From contig NC_087437.1 of assembly GCF_036321535.1 (NCBI RefSeq), positions 26,848,001 through 26,912,000 on the forward strand: a stretch of DNA of 64,000 nucleotides, written 5' to 3'. The stretch is from Camelus dromedarius (taxonomy: Eukaryota). Each line of letters starts with the position of its first letter. Within the stretch, counting starts at the first letter, position 1. The translations under genes were made by a program, and so were the position numbers. Positions 52,401-64,000 of this stretch are shown in pieces. The notes under the pieces are model-generated. The model searched no databases, had not been told where the DNA came from, and was given only the letters and a program-made list of their open reading frames with translations.

Positions 52401-55400
52401 TGAATATTACAAAATATGTTTAAACTACCTACACGCTTAACAGGCTTCATTTTGGTAAATTGGGGGAGGTGCAGAATATTACTGGCCCTTTTGGAAAAGG
52501 AACACAGTACAGATCATTTTCCATAGATAGCTGACCAGTGTGAACTCTGTAGGCCACATTCCAGGAACTCTTATGAATGGCAGCAATTGTGAACTGTCAA
52601 CTGCAACCAAAAGACTGTTGAAAACCTGATTGTAAGGATCCTTTAATGGCAGATATCTTTATATCTTGTTAATGGTTTTATTTGTGTACTTTGCTGCTGA
52701 TAAAATTATTATAAATTGTGAATGTTAAGTAGTGTGTCTTAGTATGTGCTATAAATACAAATTTTGTTTGTAGAGTTATAGATATGTATCTATATACGTA
52801 TATGTATGAGGTATCTCATATATACGTACACTTTTTTTAATTGAGTTGTTTTTTTCTTACTTGATGTTTAAGGGAGAGGATTATGTACATGTATATCAGG
52901 AGGCAGAACTGTCACTCCTATCTTTATTTTAAAATCTGTAGATAACTTTTTAGAGCTCTGAAAAGTCTTAGTGCATTTAGTCTTTAAAAATGAAAGCTTC
53001 TTGAATCTGTATTTCTTGGGAGCTTATGGTTCTTTATTGATAGTGATTGTGGAGATAATGTTGCCTTGCAGCTTTACATTTGGTGTTTAAGTCTCACCCT
53101 AGATACCATCTTATGCCTAAGTACTCTCACCAAGGGTTTTGTAATCAAAGTGTTATATCCTGTGTATGAGTGACATTATTATTTAGTTTGGAAATTAACA
53201 TTGATGCATTCATCAAGTTTCATGCTAATATGCTTTAGTCCTAAGCATGGTTCTGAGTTAAGGAAATTATCATAGATCTCCAGAAAGATTGATGATCCAA
53301 AAGTGCCTGAAATTCCCAAAACCAAGAGCTGTGTCAGTAGGAGTATGGCCTTTTTTATTCACAATGACACATATATTGCTTAAAATTTTGTGTGAATTAA
53401 ACTGAACATTGGTTAACTTTTTAGAAAATATAAGGGGTTTTTATGTGTGTGGGTAAGGCACTCAGAGTAACTATTTTAGTAACATTTGTTTTTTCCTTGT
53501 AAGGAATGGAGGGTATCTTGAACCAAATTGCCTTTATGAGAAGTCATTGTTTTACGGTACTGGTAGCGAGCTATATATGTTTTCTTCTTTGTGAGAATGT
53601 AATACCAATCTATTTGTTCTTTGAGAATTCTGCTGGCACTAATTTGGAAGTGGTAGAATGTGATCTTGGATTTATGGATCTGGTACTTGCTTATTTGGAA
53701 TGGAGTTGAGCATCACAAGGGTTTGGAAGTAGTTATGCTCTCTAGTGTCCTCTGGTAACAGAGATCAGCCCCACCAACCAGATGGAAAGGAAATCAAAGT
53801 GAAATGAATGGTTGATAGGGGAGTATAAAAGGATCTCGACTTTTCTTTCCTGAAATGGTAGAAGCTGGGGGGTTGTGGGAGTAGAGAGTAATGGCAGATA
53901 ACCAAGACAAAAGGAAATGTAATGAAATGACATGAAATATGGTCTCAGAAGGAATAGGAACACTTGTTACTAGTGAGGAACAGCGGTTTAATTCCTTCTT
54001 TTAATAATTGTTTTAGACCAGTATGTATTTACTTTTCTAAACAGATACTGTTTATTTCTTACTGCATTATTCTTTAAATATGAGAGGCTTTATAAAAACA
54101 GGTGTGTCTGGTTAAATGTAGCCTGAAAGAAGATGTTTCCTAAGTAATTTTTTAATAGGAAGAGATGATTTTTAATAAGAAAGCTTAATAGTTGACAGTA
54201 TTTAAGGGGTAGATGTAGAAAAACTCCTGAATTGGAATAAATCCTTTAAGTTTGTTTTTTCCTTATAAACTAGTGGACTTGTGATTTGAGGCCGTTCTTT
54301 TAAATGGTATAATATGAATGACTGCACAAAGAATATACAAACCCTGAAGCATTGGTATAAATTTAAGTCTTTCCCAGAGCAGTTCTTGAACCAATACCAA
54401 ATTTCTCAATATTTGTTATGTTCTTAATCTGGCATTGCTTTGGGTAAAAATTGGGACTGCTCCTTAAAGATTTAGGAACAGTAACCAATTTGTGTCATTC
54501 CTATACATCATTACATGACTTTCATAATATATTTTAATGTATTCACTTCAAATTTGGCTGGTAATACTAAAGGTATATTGATTATCTGCTTTACCTTTAA
54601 AAAATATGTGCATAATTTCTAGTTTTAAATCAGGTGAATTAAATTTCATCTGTGCTACTCTGGGTTACTTACCTCTCAAATTTAAAGCCCAAAGTCTGAT
54701 TACAGTATTTAGTTTTATTTCTTTGTACCCAAGCTACCCTTTGTTAAAAAGAATGAACTGTCATTCTTTAAGTTTTACCATATATGATGGTTATGTGAAA
54801 ATTCTGTAGATTGAGTTAATAATTTTAATAATGTTCATCTAGTATATAGACAATTAGTAAATGTCCTGATAATTTATACTCATCAGAGTAGTTAAGACAA
54901 ATAAGTGAAGTCTGAATGTTAAATTGCTTAAAGCCTCCTTTTCCGTAAGGTCTCACTAAAATTTGACTAAAGAATATTTATATATAGAAGAGAGACTATA
55001 ATTAATATGTCAGTTATTGTAAATAATGCTGATCTGTTTTAAATGTTGTCTGTGATGGTTTAGGCTGTCCATCTTCATTATTTCACAAGTAAGTTGTTTA
55101 ATCTGTGCGTGAGGGATATCCAAAGCAAAGTTTAAGGCCAACAGGCTCCTAAAGTAGAAGTAGAATTCAGTTTTACTAAATGATTTTGTAAGTTAAACCA
55201 AAACAAATCCTTGGTGTATGGTCTACCTAGCCTTTGAAAACAAAACAAAAACAAAAAAGGAGAGGGAGTTCTTGATCAAATAAGATCAGTAGTGTGTTTA
55301 GGTATATACTATAGCATACCGTATGAGTGACCATTACAGACAATGGAGTCAGACATGCCTGGGCCGAAATCCAACTGTGCTGCATGCTTGAGGCATTTGA

Positions 55401-55652
55401 CCTTGAGCTAGTTATTTGTTTCCCCATATGAAAAATGGGGATAATACCTACCTTGGAGAGTTTGAGAGGATTAAATGAGGTATGCTAGTAATTTGTGAAC
55501 AGTCCATACATAAGTTAAGACAGCATCCATGGCAAGCATACATCACAGAAACATCAATATTTCAGTGTTTAAACTGAACACCCCTTGACATACTACAAAT
55601 CATACCAAGAGTCTTTTTTTGATCCAGAAGGGTAATTGCATGGTATGGTTGT
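49440..55652 (+). other. TSC22D2: TSC22D2 intron 1 (portion up to the assembly gap)
   Basis: Starts GTATGG directly after exon 1. AT-rich, T-rich on the + strand, almost free of recognisable repeats. Confidence 0.85.
55330..55515 (+). mobile_element. MIR in TSC22D2 intron 1
   Basis: TGGAGTCAGACATGCCTGGG...TGACCTTGAGC...GTTTCCCCATATGAAAAATGGGGATAATACCTACCT...GGATTAAATGAG. Confidence 0.8.
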
Positions 55653-55852
55653 NNNNNNNNNNNNNNNNNNNNNNNNNNNNNNNNNNNNNNNNNNNNNNNN
55701 NNNNNNNNNNNNNNNNNNNNNNNNNNNNNNNNNNNNNNNNNNNNNNNNNNNNNNNNNNNNNNNNNNNNNNNNNNNNNNNNNNNNNNNNNNNNNNNNNNNN
55801 NNNNNNNNNNNNNNNNNNNNNNNNNNNNNNNNNNNNNNNNNNNNNNNNNNNN
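55653..55852. other. Assembly gap (exactly 200 N)
   Basis: Run of N. The round length suggests a placeholder of unknown true size. Confidence 0.99.
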
Positions 55853-57244
55853 CATCTACAAATTGGGCTGACATGCTGTGTTCACAAATAAAAATGCTAA
55901 GTGAGGCACTATACCAAGCAAGTTTAAGGTCATAGACATCCTCTTTTTTTTTTTAACAGAATCATCAAAAATAAAAGTAAGGCAGCCTTTCAAGATTTGT
56001 AATGGTAAAGTAAGAAGCTGGTATTTTGCACTGGCACTGTCTACTTGGTCATAGAATTTTTCAGCATACATGGATGGTGAGTTAGTTTTATTTTTCCTTC
56101 TCCTCACCAGGGAAACTGATAGTTCAAGCAGTTTGGGGAATTTTCCCATGGTCTGATGTCAAGGGTTCAGCTATAAAATGGAGCATCAAAGTTTATGGAC
56201 AAAGACATTACCCACAAAAGTCGGAAAAGATGTGCTAATTTAGATCATAAAAATAACTGAATTTTAAAATAAAGCAAGTGCCACACTTCTACTTTCCCAT
56301 AAAAAAGTTGTTTACCTTTTTTTTATTCATTTGCATGCTTGAGATGTTTCTATATAACGACTGTAAAGTATGCTTGCCCACTGCAATCCAAAATGTTTTC
56401 CAGATTACAGTTCTTGCTGTCATTTAATAGGCAAGCAACATGTCTATAGATAGAGCATACCTGAGGAAGTCCATGGACAGCAAGGGAACATTTTTCCCAC
56501 ACTTGGGCATGAACTGTCAGGTCAGTGTCTAATTCTAGTGTTCCTACTTAAAAATATATTTTTTTTAATCAAGTGGTAGATGGACAGAAAAAAATAAATA
56601 TGTGTAAGTGTGTGATGTCCCTAAAGTAAAGGTTTTGTTTTTGAGGAGCTTGAGTTTTATTTTTTATTTCATAGAAACATTGCTGAAATGCACTTCAATT
56701 CTATTTCAGTTCAGGTGCTGCACCCTGTACTGGCTGTTTAGGGATAGAAAGATAAATAGGACACTATATGTGCACTCCAGGAGCTCATGTCCAATGTAAA
56801 AGTAAAAGCTAGAGTGCTGTATTGTTTTTTCAAAGTGTATGTCATAGTTTGTGGGCATCATATTATTTGTTGAATGAAAGGTTCTTATAAATCAACGGTA
56901 ATATTGCCATGCCACGAGAAACTCTCTGACATTGCCAGGAAACAACTTTAAATCACCAAAAAGCTTTAACATCAAATAATACTTTTAGAAAGAGGGGACC
57001 TGGTGAAAAGCCTTTCAGCTCTACACTTAGCCTGTGAGGTGTCCCCTAAAAAAGGAACTAAGCTGAAAGAAGTTTACACAGGTCTTAGTACTGTTAAGTT
57101 TGTAGATAACATTACTGATTTAAATTAAATTTAACTAGAATAGCATTTGTGTGTCATGAATTATATCATCGATTGTCTCATAAGCAACACATTATCTTGG
57201 CTGACAAAATCAGCTACCATTCAGTGAACCAAGTTAAGAATAAC

Positions 57245-58282
57245 TCAGGTGCCTAATGCCAAAAATAAATCTGATAGAGCTGAGAATCCAGAAACAAACA
57301 CAAATATATATTGAATAAACGATAAAAGTGACATTTAAACCAGTAGGGAAGAATGGATTATTCAACAAATAGTATTAAGACAACATAACTATTTGGGAAA
57401 AAGATAACTTTAGATCTCTAACTCACCAAAATTAATTCCAGCCAGACTAGCAGTGAGCCTTATGCTTTTTGGTCACATATCCCTTTTAGAAATAGCCCCA
57501 TGAAAATGCACATAAGCCAAAAGTTTTACAATTAAGTTATGAAGAAATGCCCAACTTCAGCAAGATAAGGAAAATTAATGCACATTAAAACACAAGAAAC
57601 CATCTCAGATCCAACTGGCAAATATTTAAAATAAATGTAAATCAAGAGTGTGGGGAAACAGGAATCCTACGTCGCTGGTGAGCATATAAACTAGCACAGC
57701 CACTTTTAAAGACAATTGAGTGGTGTCCATTACAATTTTAAATTCACATGCCCCATGACCCAACAATTCCAATTTTCAATGAAACACACTTTACACACTT
57801 CTGTTCACAAGGTGGCTTGAACAATGATATTTGTTGTACCTTTGATTGTAATAATACAAAATTGGAAAAAACAAAATACCCATCAAGGGAATGGGGCACG
57901 GTACACATTATAAAATACTAGGCATTAATGAAAAAGGAGAGCCCTACCTGTACTGACATGGAAAAATCTCTAAGTTACAATGTTATGTTTTTAAAAATTT
58001 AAGGAAAAATTGAAGGATAATACATGAAATACATACGATACCATTGATGTTAAAATGCCTACCACAGACATTCACACACACAAATACTGTATAGTGTACA
58101 TCTTAAGTACCTAATTGTGTATTATAAAAATGTATAGAGAAGGTCTGGAAGGATACTAATCAAACTGTTCACAGTAGTTGGGTGGAGTGCTTTAGCTTTA
58201 CCTGTAATGTTTGATGTTTTTGAGTATGCATTCATGTATTGTTTGTGTAATGACAAGTTAATAAATTAGAAATAAAATAAAA
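57245..58282 (+). mobile_element. Old L1 (L1ME-like) 3' fragments
   Basis: GAGAATCCAGAAACAAAC, GGATTATTCAACAAAT, GCTGGTGAGCATATAAACTAGCACAGCCAC, CATGACCCAACAATTCCA, GTCTGGAAGGATAC. Confidence 0.7.
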
Positions 58283-59014
58283 TAGAAAGTGTTTCCTTCT
58301 TGTCTGCTGCTAATGTCTCCCGTGGTGCTCTAGGTGCTTGTCATCTTCAGCCTTCTCTCCTCCCCACAATTGCTTTGTTCTACTTGGATCTCTCCTATGT
58401 CCTTATCACATCTGTATTTATATAGGCTCAATAAGTAAATAAATGATAAATAAGTAACCCTCTCCCCTAACTGGGAATGCGCCCCCTCCACTTGCCTTTC
58501 TACTTCTTTCCTTTTTGCTCACTGCTTATTACACACAGTCTGGTTGAGGCCCCTGTTGTGCTCCCAAGCCATTCTCGCCATGGTCACCAAGGGTCACTTT
58601 GTTACTAATTCCATTCAATATATTTCAGTTCTTATCTTATTGAACTCCTTTACATAATTTCAGTTTATTATCATTTGTTTAGTCTAGTATCTCATTTTCT
58701 ATCTCTTCATTTGCCTCCTTTTTTTTTAGGGTTTCTCTTGTAAAAATATATATATATACATGTAGCGAAATTTTTAACCTAATCTGTCTTTTAATAGATT
58801 ATCTTATCCCATTTGTTATCATTACTGGCATATTTGTATTTCTGCCATCTTATTTCGTGTTTTCTCCTTGAAATGCTTTGTAAGTGTCCCCTCTCCCACC
58901 CCCATTTTCCCCTTTTCCTGACTTTTACTCAATTGTTTTCTTATTCCTTTTTTATCTCCTCTAATGGTTGGGAAGTTACACATTCCCTGTCCATTCTCCT
59001 AGGGTTTTATCTCA

Positions 59015-59887
59015 CAGTTTTTTTTTTATCATTTTGTTGTGGAAATTTTCAATTATGTATAAAAGTAAACAGAATAATGAGTTTCCATGTACCTCTCACC
59101 CAGCTTAAACAATCGTCTATTGTCACGGCCAATCTTGTATTATTTACACTTGCATCCATTTCCCCCCATGACCCTCTGGGTTATAATGAAAGCAATTCAA
59201 GATATCATAACATTTAATATGTCTCTAAACTATAAGCACAGATCTCTAAAATACAAGGATTTTATAAAAACTATAATACTATTATCTTAGTTTAATGTTA
59301 ACAGTAATTCCTTAATATCATTAAAAATCGAGTCAGTGTCTACATTTTTCTGCTCGTCTTAAATTTTTTTCATAGTGCATTTGTTTGAATTCAAATCAAA
59401 ATAAAGTCCATACATTGCAGTTGGTTGGCATGCCTCTTAGGTCTTTTAATCTATAGGCTCCTCACTCTGTTTTTCCCTAGAAATCCCTTAAAAATCAGAG
59501 TTATTTGTCCAGTAGCCTTTCCCAAGTCTGAGTTTTCCTGATGGCATTCTTGTAGAACCATCTATCCCCTGTGTTTCCTGCAAATTAGTTAGATCTAAAA
59601 TCTCAATCAGATTCACGTTCATATTTTTTCAAGATTAATTCATAAGTGATGGTGTATACTTCCATCACATAAGGTCTGGCTGTCTCTATTTTGTGATTTT
59701 GGCAGCATCGATAAGCATTGCCTAGACCCATTAGCCTATTAAATCTATCATTCCTTCTCACTCATTAGCAAAATACTTCTCTAAAGAGAAATTTGCCCTT
59801 ATCAACTGTTCAGTTACCTTGAGGTTCATATTAGAAAGACAGGGACTTAATTCTTTCCTTTTATTTCTCAGTTTTCAAAATAATGAG
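59015..59887 (-). mobile_element. L1MC/MD-like 3' UTR fragment
   Basis: GGAAATTTTCAA..TATAAAAGTAAACAGAATAATGAG, AAAGTCCATACATTGCAGTTGGTTG, TTAGTTAGATCTA..TCAGATTCA. Confidence 0.65.
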
Positions 59888-59906
59888 TATAAAGGAAGAA
59901 AAATAA

Positions 59907-60031
59907 GGGGAGAGGGTATAGTTCAAGAGGTAGAGTGCATGCCTAGTGTGCACAAGGTCCTGGGTTCAGTCCCCAGTACCTCTATTATAAATAAATAAAT
60001 AGACTTATTTACCTCCCCACCCCCAGATAGA

Positions 60032-60078
<47 letters not shown>
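59907..60078 (+). mobile_element. tRNA-Ala-derived SINE (camelid vic-1-like) with (TAAA)n tail
   Basis: GGGTATAGTTCAAGAGGTAGAGTGCATGCCTAGTGTGCACAAGGTCCTGGGTTCAGTCCCCAGTACC, same family as 26314-26502, including the shared TTACCTC...CCCC 3' segment. Confidence 0.85.
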
Positions 60079-61464
60079 GCAGTGATAGAGGAAGACCTAC
60101 TCTGATACTTTATTCTGAGAAGAAAGAGAGAATAAAGTGAGTTGATTTAGGATGGTGTACATCAGGTGTTGATAGGGAGAAGCCAGGAAACAACCCCCCA
60201 AAAATCTGAGGGTGGGAAACAGCAACCTGAAGGCTTGTCTGTTTACTGCTGAGTCTGAGAGAGAATTCTGAGTCAAGAGTACCTTGAGGGAATGCGGGTC
60301 AGAAGCCCATATCTGTGCAGAGGAGGGCCTGGTTCAGAAGCAGCATCAGCAGCCAGAAAAAGCAGGTCAGGGTGCCCTGTGGACCCAGGGAGCGAAGAGT
60401 TACACAAATGAGCAGTGGGTTATTGTGTGCAGACTCTCTGCCAAATGGAGACTGGAAATACTCTCCTTACAAACTGACAACAAGCCAGGAAGTTTCCTAA
60501 GAAACAGCACGGGATCGGTAACATTTAGCTTAGGCAGCATCACTTCTAAGCAAGGCAATAAAGATCAGCAACTCTGGTAACCATGTGTTCTATTTATTGC
60601 CTTTATTAAACATGTCACAACTCTTGGTGAGGATCAGTTTCTTTATCAGTTGTATGGTCTTGCCCTGGAAACAAGAAGAGGCTTCGGAGTTGAGACATGA
60701 GCTTAAGAATGTTGGTCTGTTTGCTCCTCCTAGTAACCACTCCTCCTATCCACCTTTCTCCAGGGGGAACTCTCTACCTTTCCTTTCCCCCTCCCCACCT
60801 GACCCTGCACCCAGTTGACTGTCCGTATTAAATTCTCATTGGGAAAAATTGAGAAGGAGCCTCTTCCCAGGAATATCAGCCTCTTTTTAAATGGGACTCA
60901 TGAAGCCTACCCTGTCCTGTTCTCCAGAGAGAATGAACAAGTGAAGACTTGGCACCAGCTGTGGAAACATGACCAACCCGTTGCTTCCAGCGACTTTGAG
61001 TTCCAAACCTGTGAGTCTTGGCTTTTTTACTGCCTTTCAGCTTCCTAAACCCATCCAGTTCAGCATTAGGTAATGGCTGTGATGACAGCTGACTCATCTG
61101 GGAATGCAGTTTTCCTGGAGGATTCCTCTGCTCAGGTAATCACACCTCAGGAGAAAAAAACTGGTTTATACAAGCTTATACTCCTGGATATTGAAGAATG
61201 TCAGCACAGGGTGGGGATTTCTCCTGGCGAGGAGGAGAAAAGGCATCAGACTTCTGGGACCAACATGTGAGACTTCAAGTGAACAGTCTAGGAAATGTGG
61301 GCCAGCAGGGTGCCACTGCTTAGAGCCAGAAGCTGAGTGGTATAAAATTGAATGAGAAACCCTCCTTTGCCTTTGATAGCTGGGGACCTTCAAACCAGGT
61401 TGCCCTCAAAGGTAAGTTTTGTGAGAGCAGGGACTTCTACTTTTTTATTCACAGTTGTACTCCT

Positions 61465-61492
61465 GATGGATGGATGGATGGATGGATGGATG
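61465..61492. repeat. (GATG)7 microsatellite
   Basis: Direct reading. Confidence 0.9.
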
Positions 61493-62519
61493 GGGATTCA
61501 CATTCTTTATTCCTCGGTTTTCTGATCTGTTAATGTAGCCTGGGATAACCAAGTCATAGGCTTGTTGGGAAGATTAAACAAGATGGAATATGTACATTAC
61601 TTCACTGGGACCTGGACCCTAGCGAGCACGCAGTAAATTCTTGCTCCTGGTATCCTTTCTGCCTCTGTCTAGACATCTGGCTGAGGCCATGCTCTCTTTC
61701 CTCATCACTTTTTGACCAAAAGCTCTAGGAAAAGATTGGGTGATTTTCAGGCCCTGGGAATAGCACCTACAATAATACAGGTCACCAAGATAAGTTAAAC
61801 CACATTCTCCAAAATCTTTTCCCCCCTTTTATCTCACTAGATCCTCACAATTATCCTAGTAAGACTTAGGAAAGCAAATGTTTTTCACATTTGACAGGAA
61901 GACAGGTTTAGAGAATCCAAGGGCCTTACAATCTGCCCAAGATCTCAGAACTGGTTAGTAGAACTAGATTCCAGGCTATGGGAAAAAAACCATACCGCAT
62001 GTTTTTCTCCCCATGATACTCAAAAGGGTTAGAGGTCACAGGAAGAAAGAATTCCCTTTCTAGAACAAATTACGTTGAAGCTGTACACAAATTATTCCTA
62101 TTCATTGATTTCATCTGTTTTATTTCATTGAGGTAGCTCTGTGATTCAAACGATGGCCACGTGGGATGAGCAAAATGAGAACAATATATGACAATGTATC
62201 CTCCTTGGAATGAAGAAAGGTAAGTCTCCATCATAGAATGCCAACAAGACTGCAATCAGCTTACTGATAGCTGATTTCTGCAGCCTCATTGCAGGGGAGG
62301 GGTGCTGAGTATCGTTAATTTGTCTGAAATATGTGTTTTCTTAAGTAGTATATTCTCATTAAAAAATTTCAATGAAGAAGCTTATCTTAAAAAAAAAAAA
62401 TCAAAACCTCCCCTCCATATTCATCCTCAACCCTAATCTACAGAGTTAATTTCTTCTGATAGTTTTCTCTGCATGTAGTTAAGATACACACACATATACA
62501 CATTTTGTGGGGTTTCCTT

Positions 62520-63848
62520 TTTTTTTAACATTTTTTATTGATTTATAATCATTTTACAATATTGTGTCAAATTCCAGTGTTCAGCACAATTTTTCAGTCA
62601 TACATGGACATATACACACTCATTGTCACATTTTTTTCTCTGTGAGCTACCATAACGTTTTATGTATATTTCCCTGTGCTATACAGTATAATCTTGTTTA
62701 TCTATTCTACAATTTTGAAATCCCGGTCTATCCCTTCCCACCCTCCCCCCCACTGGCAACCACAAGTCTGTATTCTCTGTCTATGAGTCTGTTTCTGTCC
62801 TGTATTTACGCTTTGTTTTTGTTTGTTTGTTTGTTTTTTAAATTCCACATATGAGCGATCTCATATGGTATTTTTCTTTCTCTTTCTGGCTTACTTCATT
62901 TTGAATGACATTCTCCAGGAGCTTCCATGTTGCTGCAAATGGCATTATGTTGTCGGTTTTTATGGCTGAGTAGTATTCCATTGTATAAATATACCACCTC
63001 TTCTTTATCCAGTCACCTGTTGATGCACATTTAAGCTGTTTCCATGTCTTGGCTATTGTAAATAGTGCTGCTATGAACATTGGGGTGCAGGTGTCATCCT
63101 GAAGTAGGGTTCCTTCTGGATACAAGCCCAGGAGTGGGATTCCTGGGTCATACAGTAAGTCTATTCCTAGTCTTTTGAGGAATCTCCATACCGTTTTCCA
63201 TAGTGGCTGCACCAAACTGCATTCCCACCAGCAGTGTAGGAGGGTTCCCCTTTCTCCACAGCCTCCCCAGCATTTGTCATTTGTGGATTTTTGAATGACG
63301 GCCATTCTGACTGCTGTGAGGTGATAACCTCATTGTAGTTTTGATTTGCATTTCTCTGATAATTAATGATATTGAGCATTTTTTCATGTGCCTTTTGATC
63401 ATTTGTATGTCTTCCTTGGAGAACTGCTTGTTTAGGTCTTCTGCCCATTTTTGGATTGGGTTGTTTGTTTTTTTCTTATTGAGTCGTATGAGCTGCTTTT
63501 ATATTCTGGAGATCAAGCCTTTGTCGGTTTCATTTGCAAAAAGTTTCTCCCATTCCGTAGGTTGTCTTCTTGTTTTACTTATGGTTTCCTTTGCTGTGCA
63601 GAAGCTTGTAAGTTTCATTAGGTCCCATTTGTTTATTCTTGCTTTTATTTCTACTAGGAGAAAATTTTTGAAATGATGTCAGATAACGTTTTGCCTATGT
63701 TTTCCTCTAGGAGGTTTATTGTATCTTGTCTTATGTTTAAGTCTTTGATCCATTTTGAGTTGATTTTTGTATATGGTGTAAGGGAGTGTTCTAGCTTCAT
63801 TGTTTTACATGCTGCTGTCCAGTTTTCCCAACACCATTTGCTGAAGAG
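62520..63848 (-). mobile_element. Young 5'-truncated L1 (ORF2 C-terminus + 3' UTR + polyA), nested in an older L1 fragment
   Basis: Minus-strand ORF 62838..63305 encodes [19 protein letters not shown]...[13 protein letters not shown] (L1 ORF2 Cys-rich end), frameshifted upstream. PolyT at ~62518. TSD GTGGGGTTTYCTT at 62507-62519 and 63849-63861. Confidence 0.93.
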
Positions 63849-64000
63849 GTGGGGTTTTCTTAATCATAAATGGGATCATACTAAGCATACTCTTCTTCAA
63901 CTTTCTTTCTACAACTCTGCGGTAATCATGGACATCCTTCCATAACAGCAGAGATCATCTTTATTCTTTTAAATAATTGCACAGTATTGTATAATAAGCC

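Noticed and set aside
55562..55935. ORFs containing X runs
   Set aside because: Artifacts of translating across the N gap.
55940..56125. Polypyrimidine-AG acceptor-like sites after the gap as TSC22D2 exon 2
   Set aside because: Downstream translations do not resemble TSC22D2 sequence I recognise and hit stops quickly.
62838..63448. ORFs with a Cys/His-rich motif as a host gene
   Set aside because: They are frameshifted L1 ORF2 C-terminal remnants of a 5'-truncated element.

Overview
Mammalian genomic DNA, most likely camelid. That species call is an inference from two tRNA-Ala-derived vic-1-type SINEs and young cetartiodactyl-type L1 3' ends. The only gene I can support is TSC22D2 on the + strand: a CpG-island promoter near 46.3-46.5 kb, a ~1 kb GC-rich 5' leader, a 1955-nt coding part of exon 1 (47485-49439, ending AG|GTATGG) and the start of intron 1. 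The TSC-box/leucine-zipper exons were not found. The first ~46 kb is intergenic and dominated by old L1, L2, MIR, MLT1 and DNA-transposon remnants. A fixed 200-N assembly gap lies at 55653-55852, and contiguity across it is doubtful. I found no convincing previously undescribed biological system. The best leads are modest: two uORFs in frame with TSC22D2, one separated from the CDS only by a UGA-C stop; a diverged ~160-bp copy of downstream flank inserted inside an old L1; a micro fold-back inverted triplication; and a possible hidden gene segment at the gap. Repeat boundaries and subfamily names are by-eye estimates, not RepeatMasker output.
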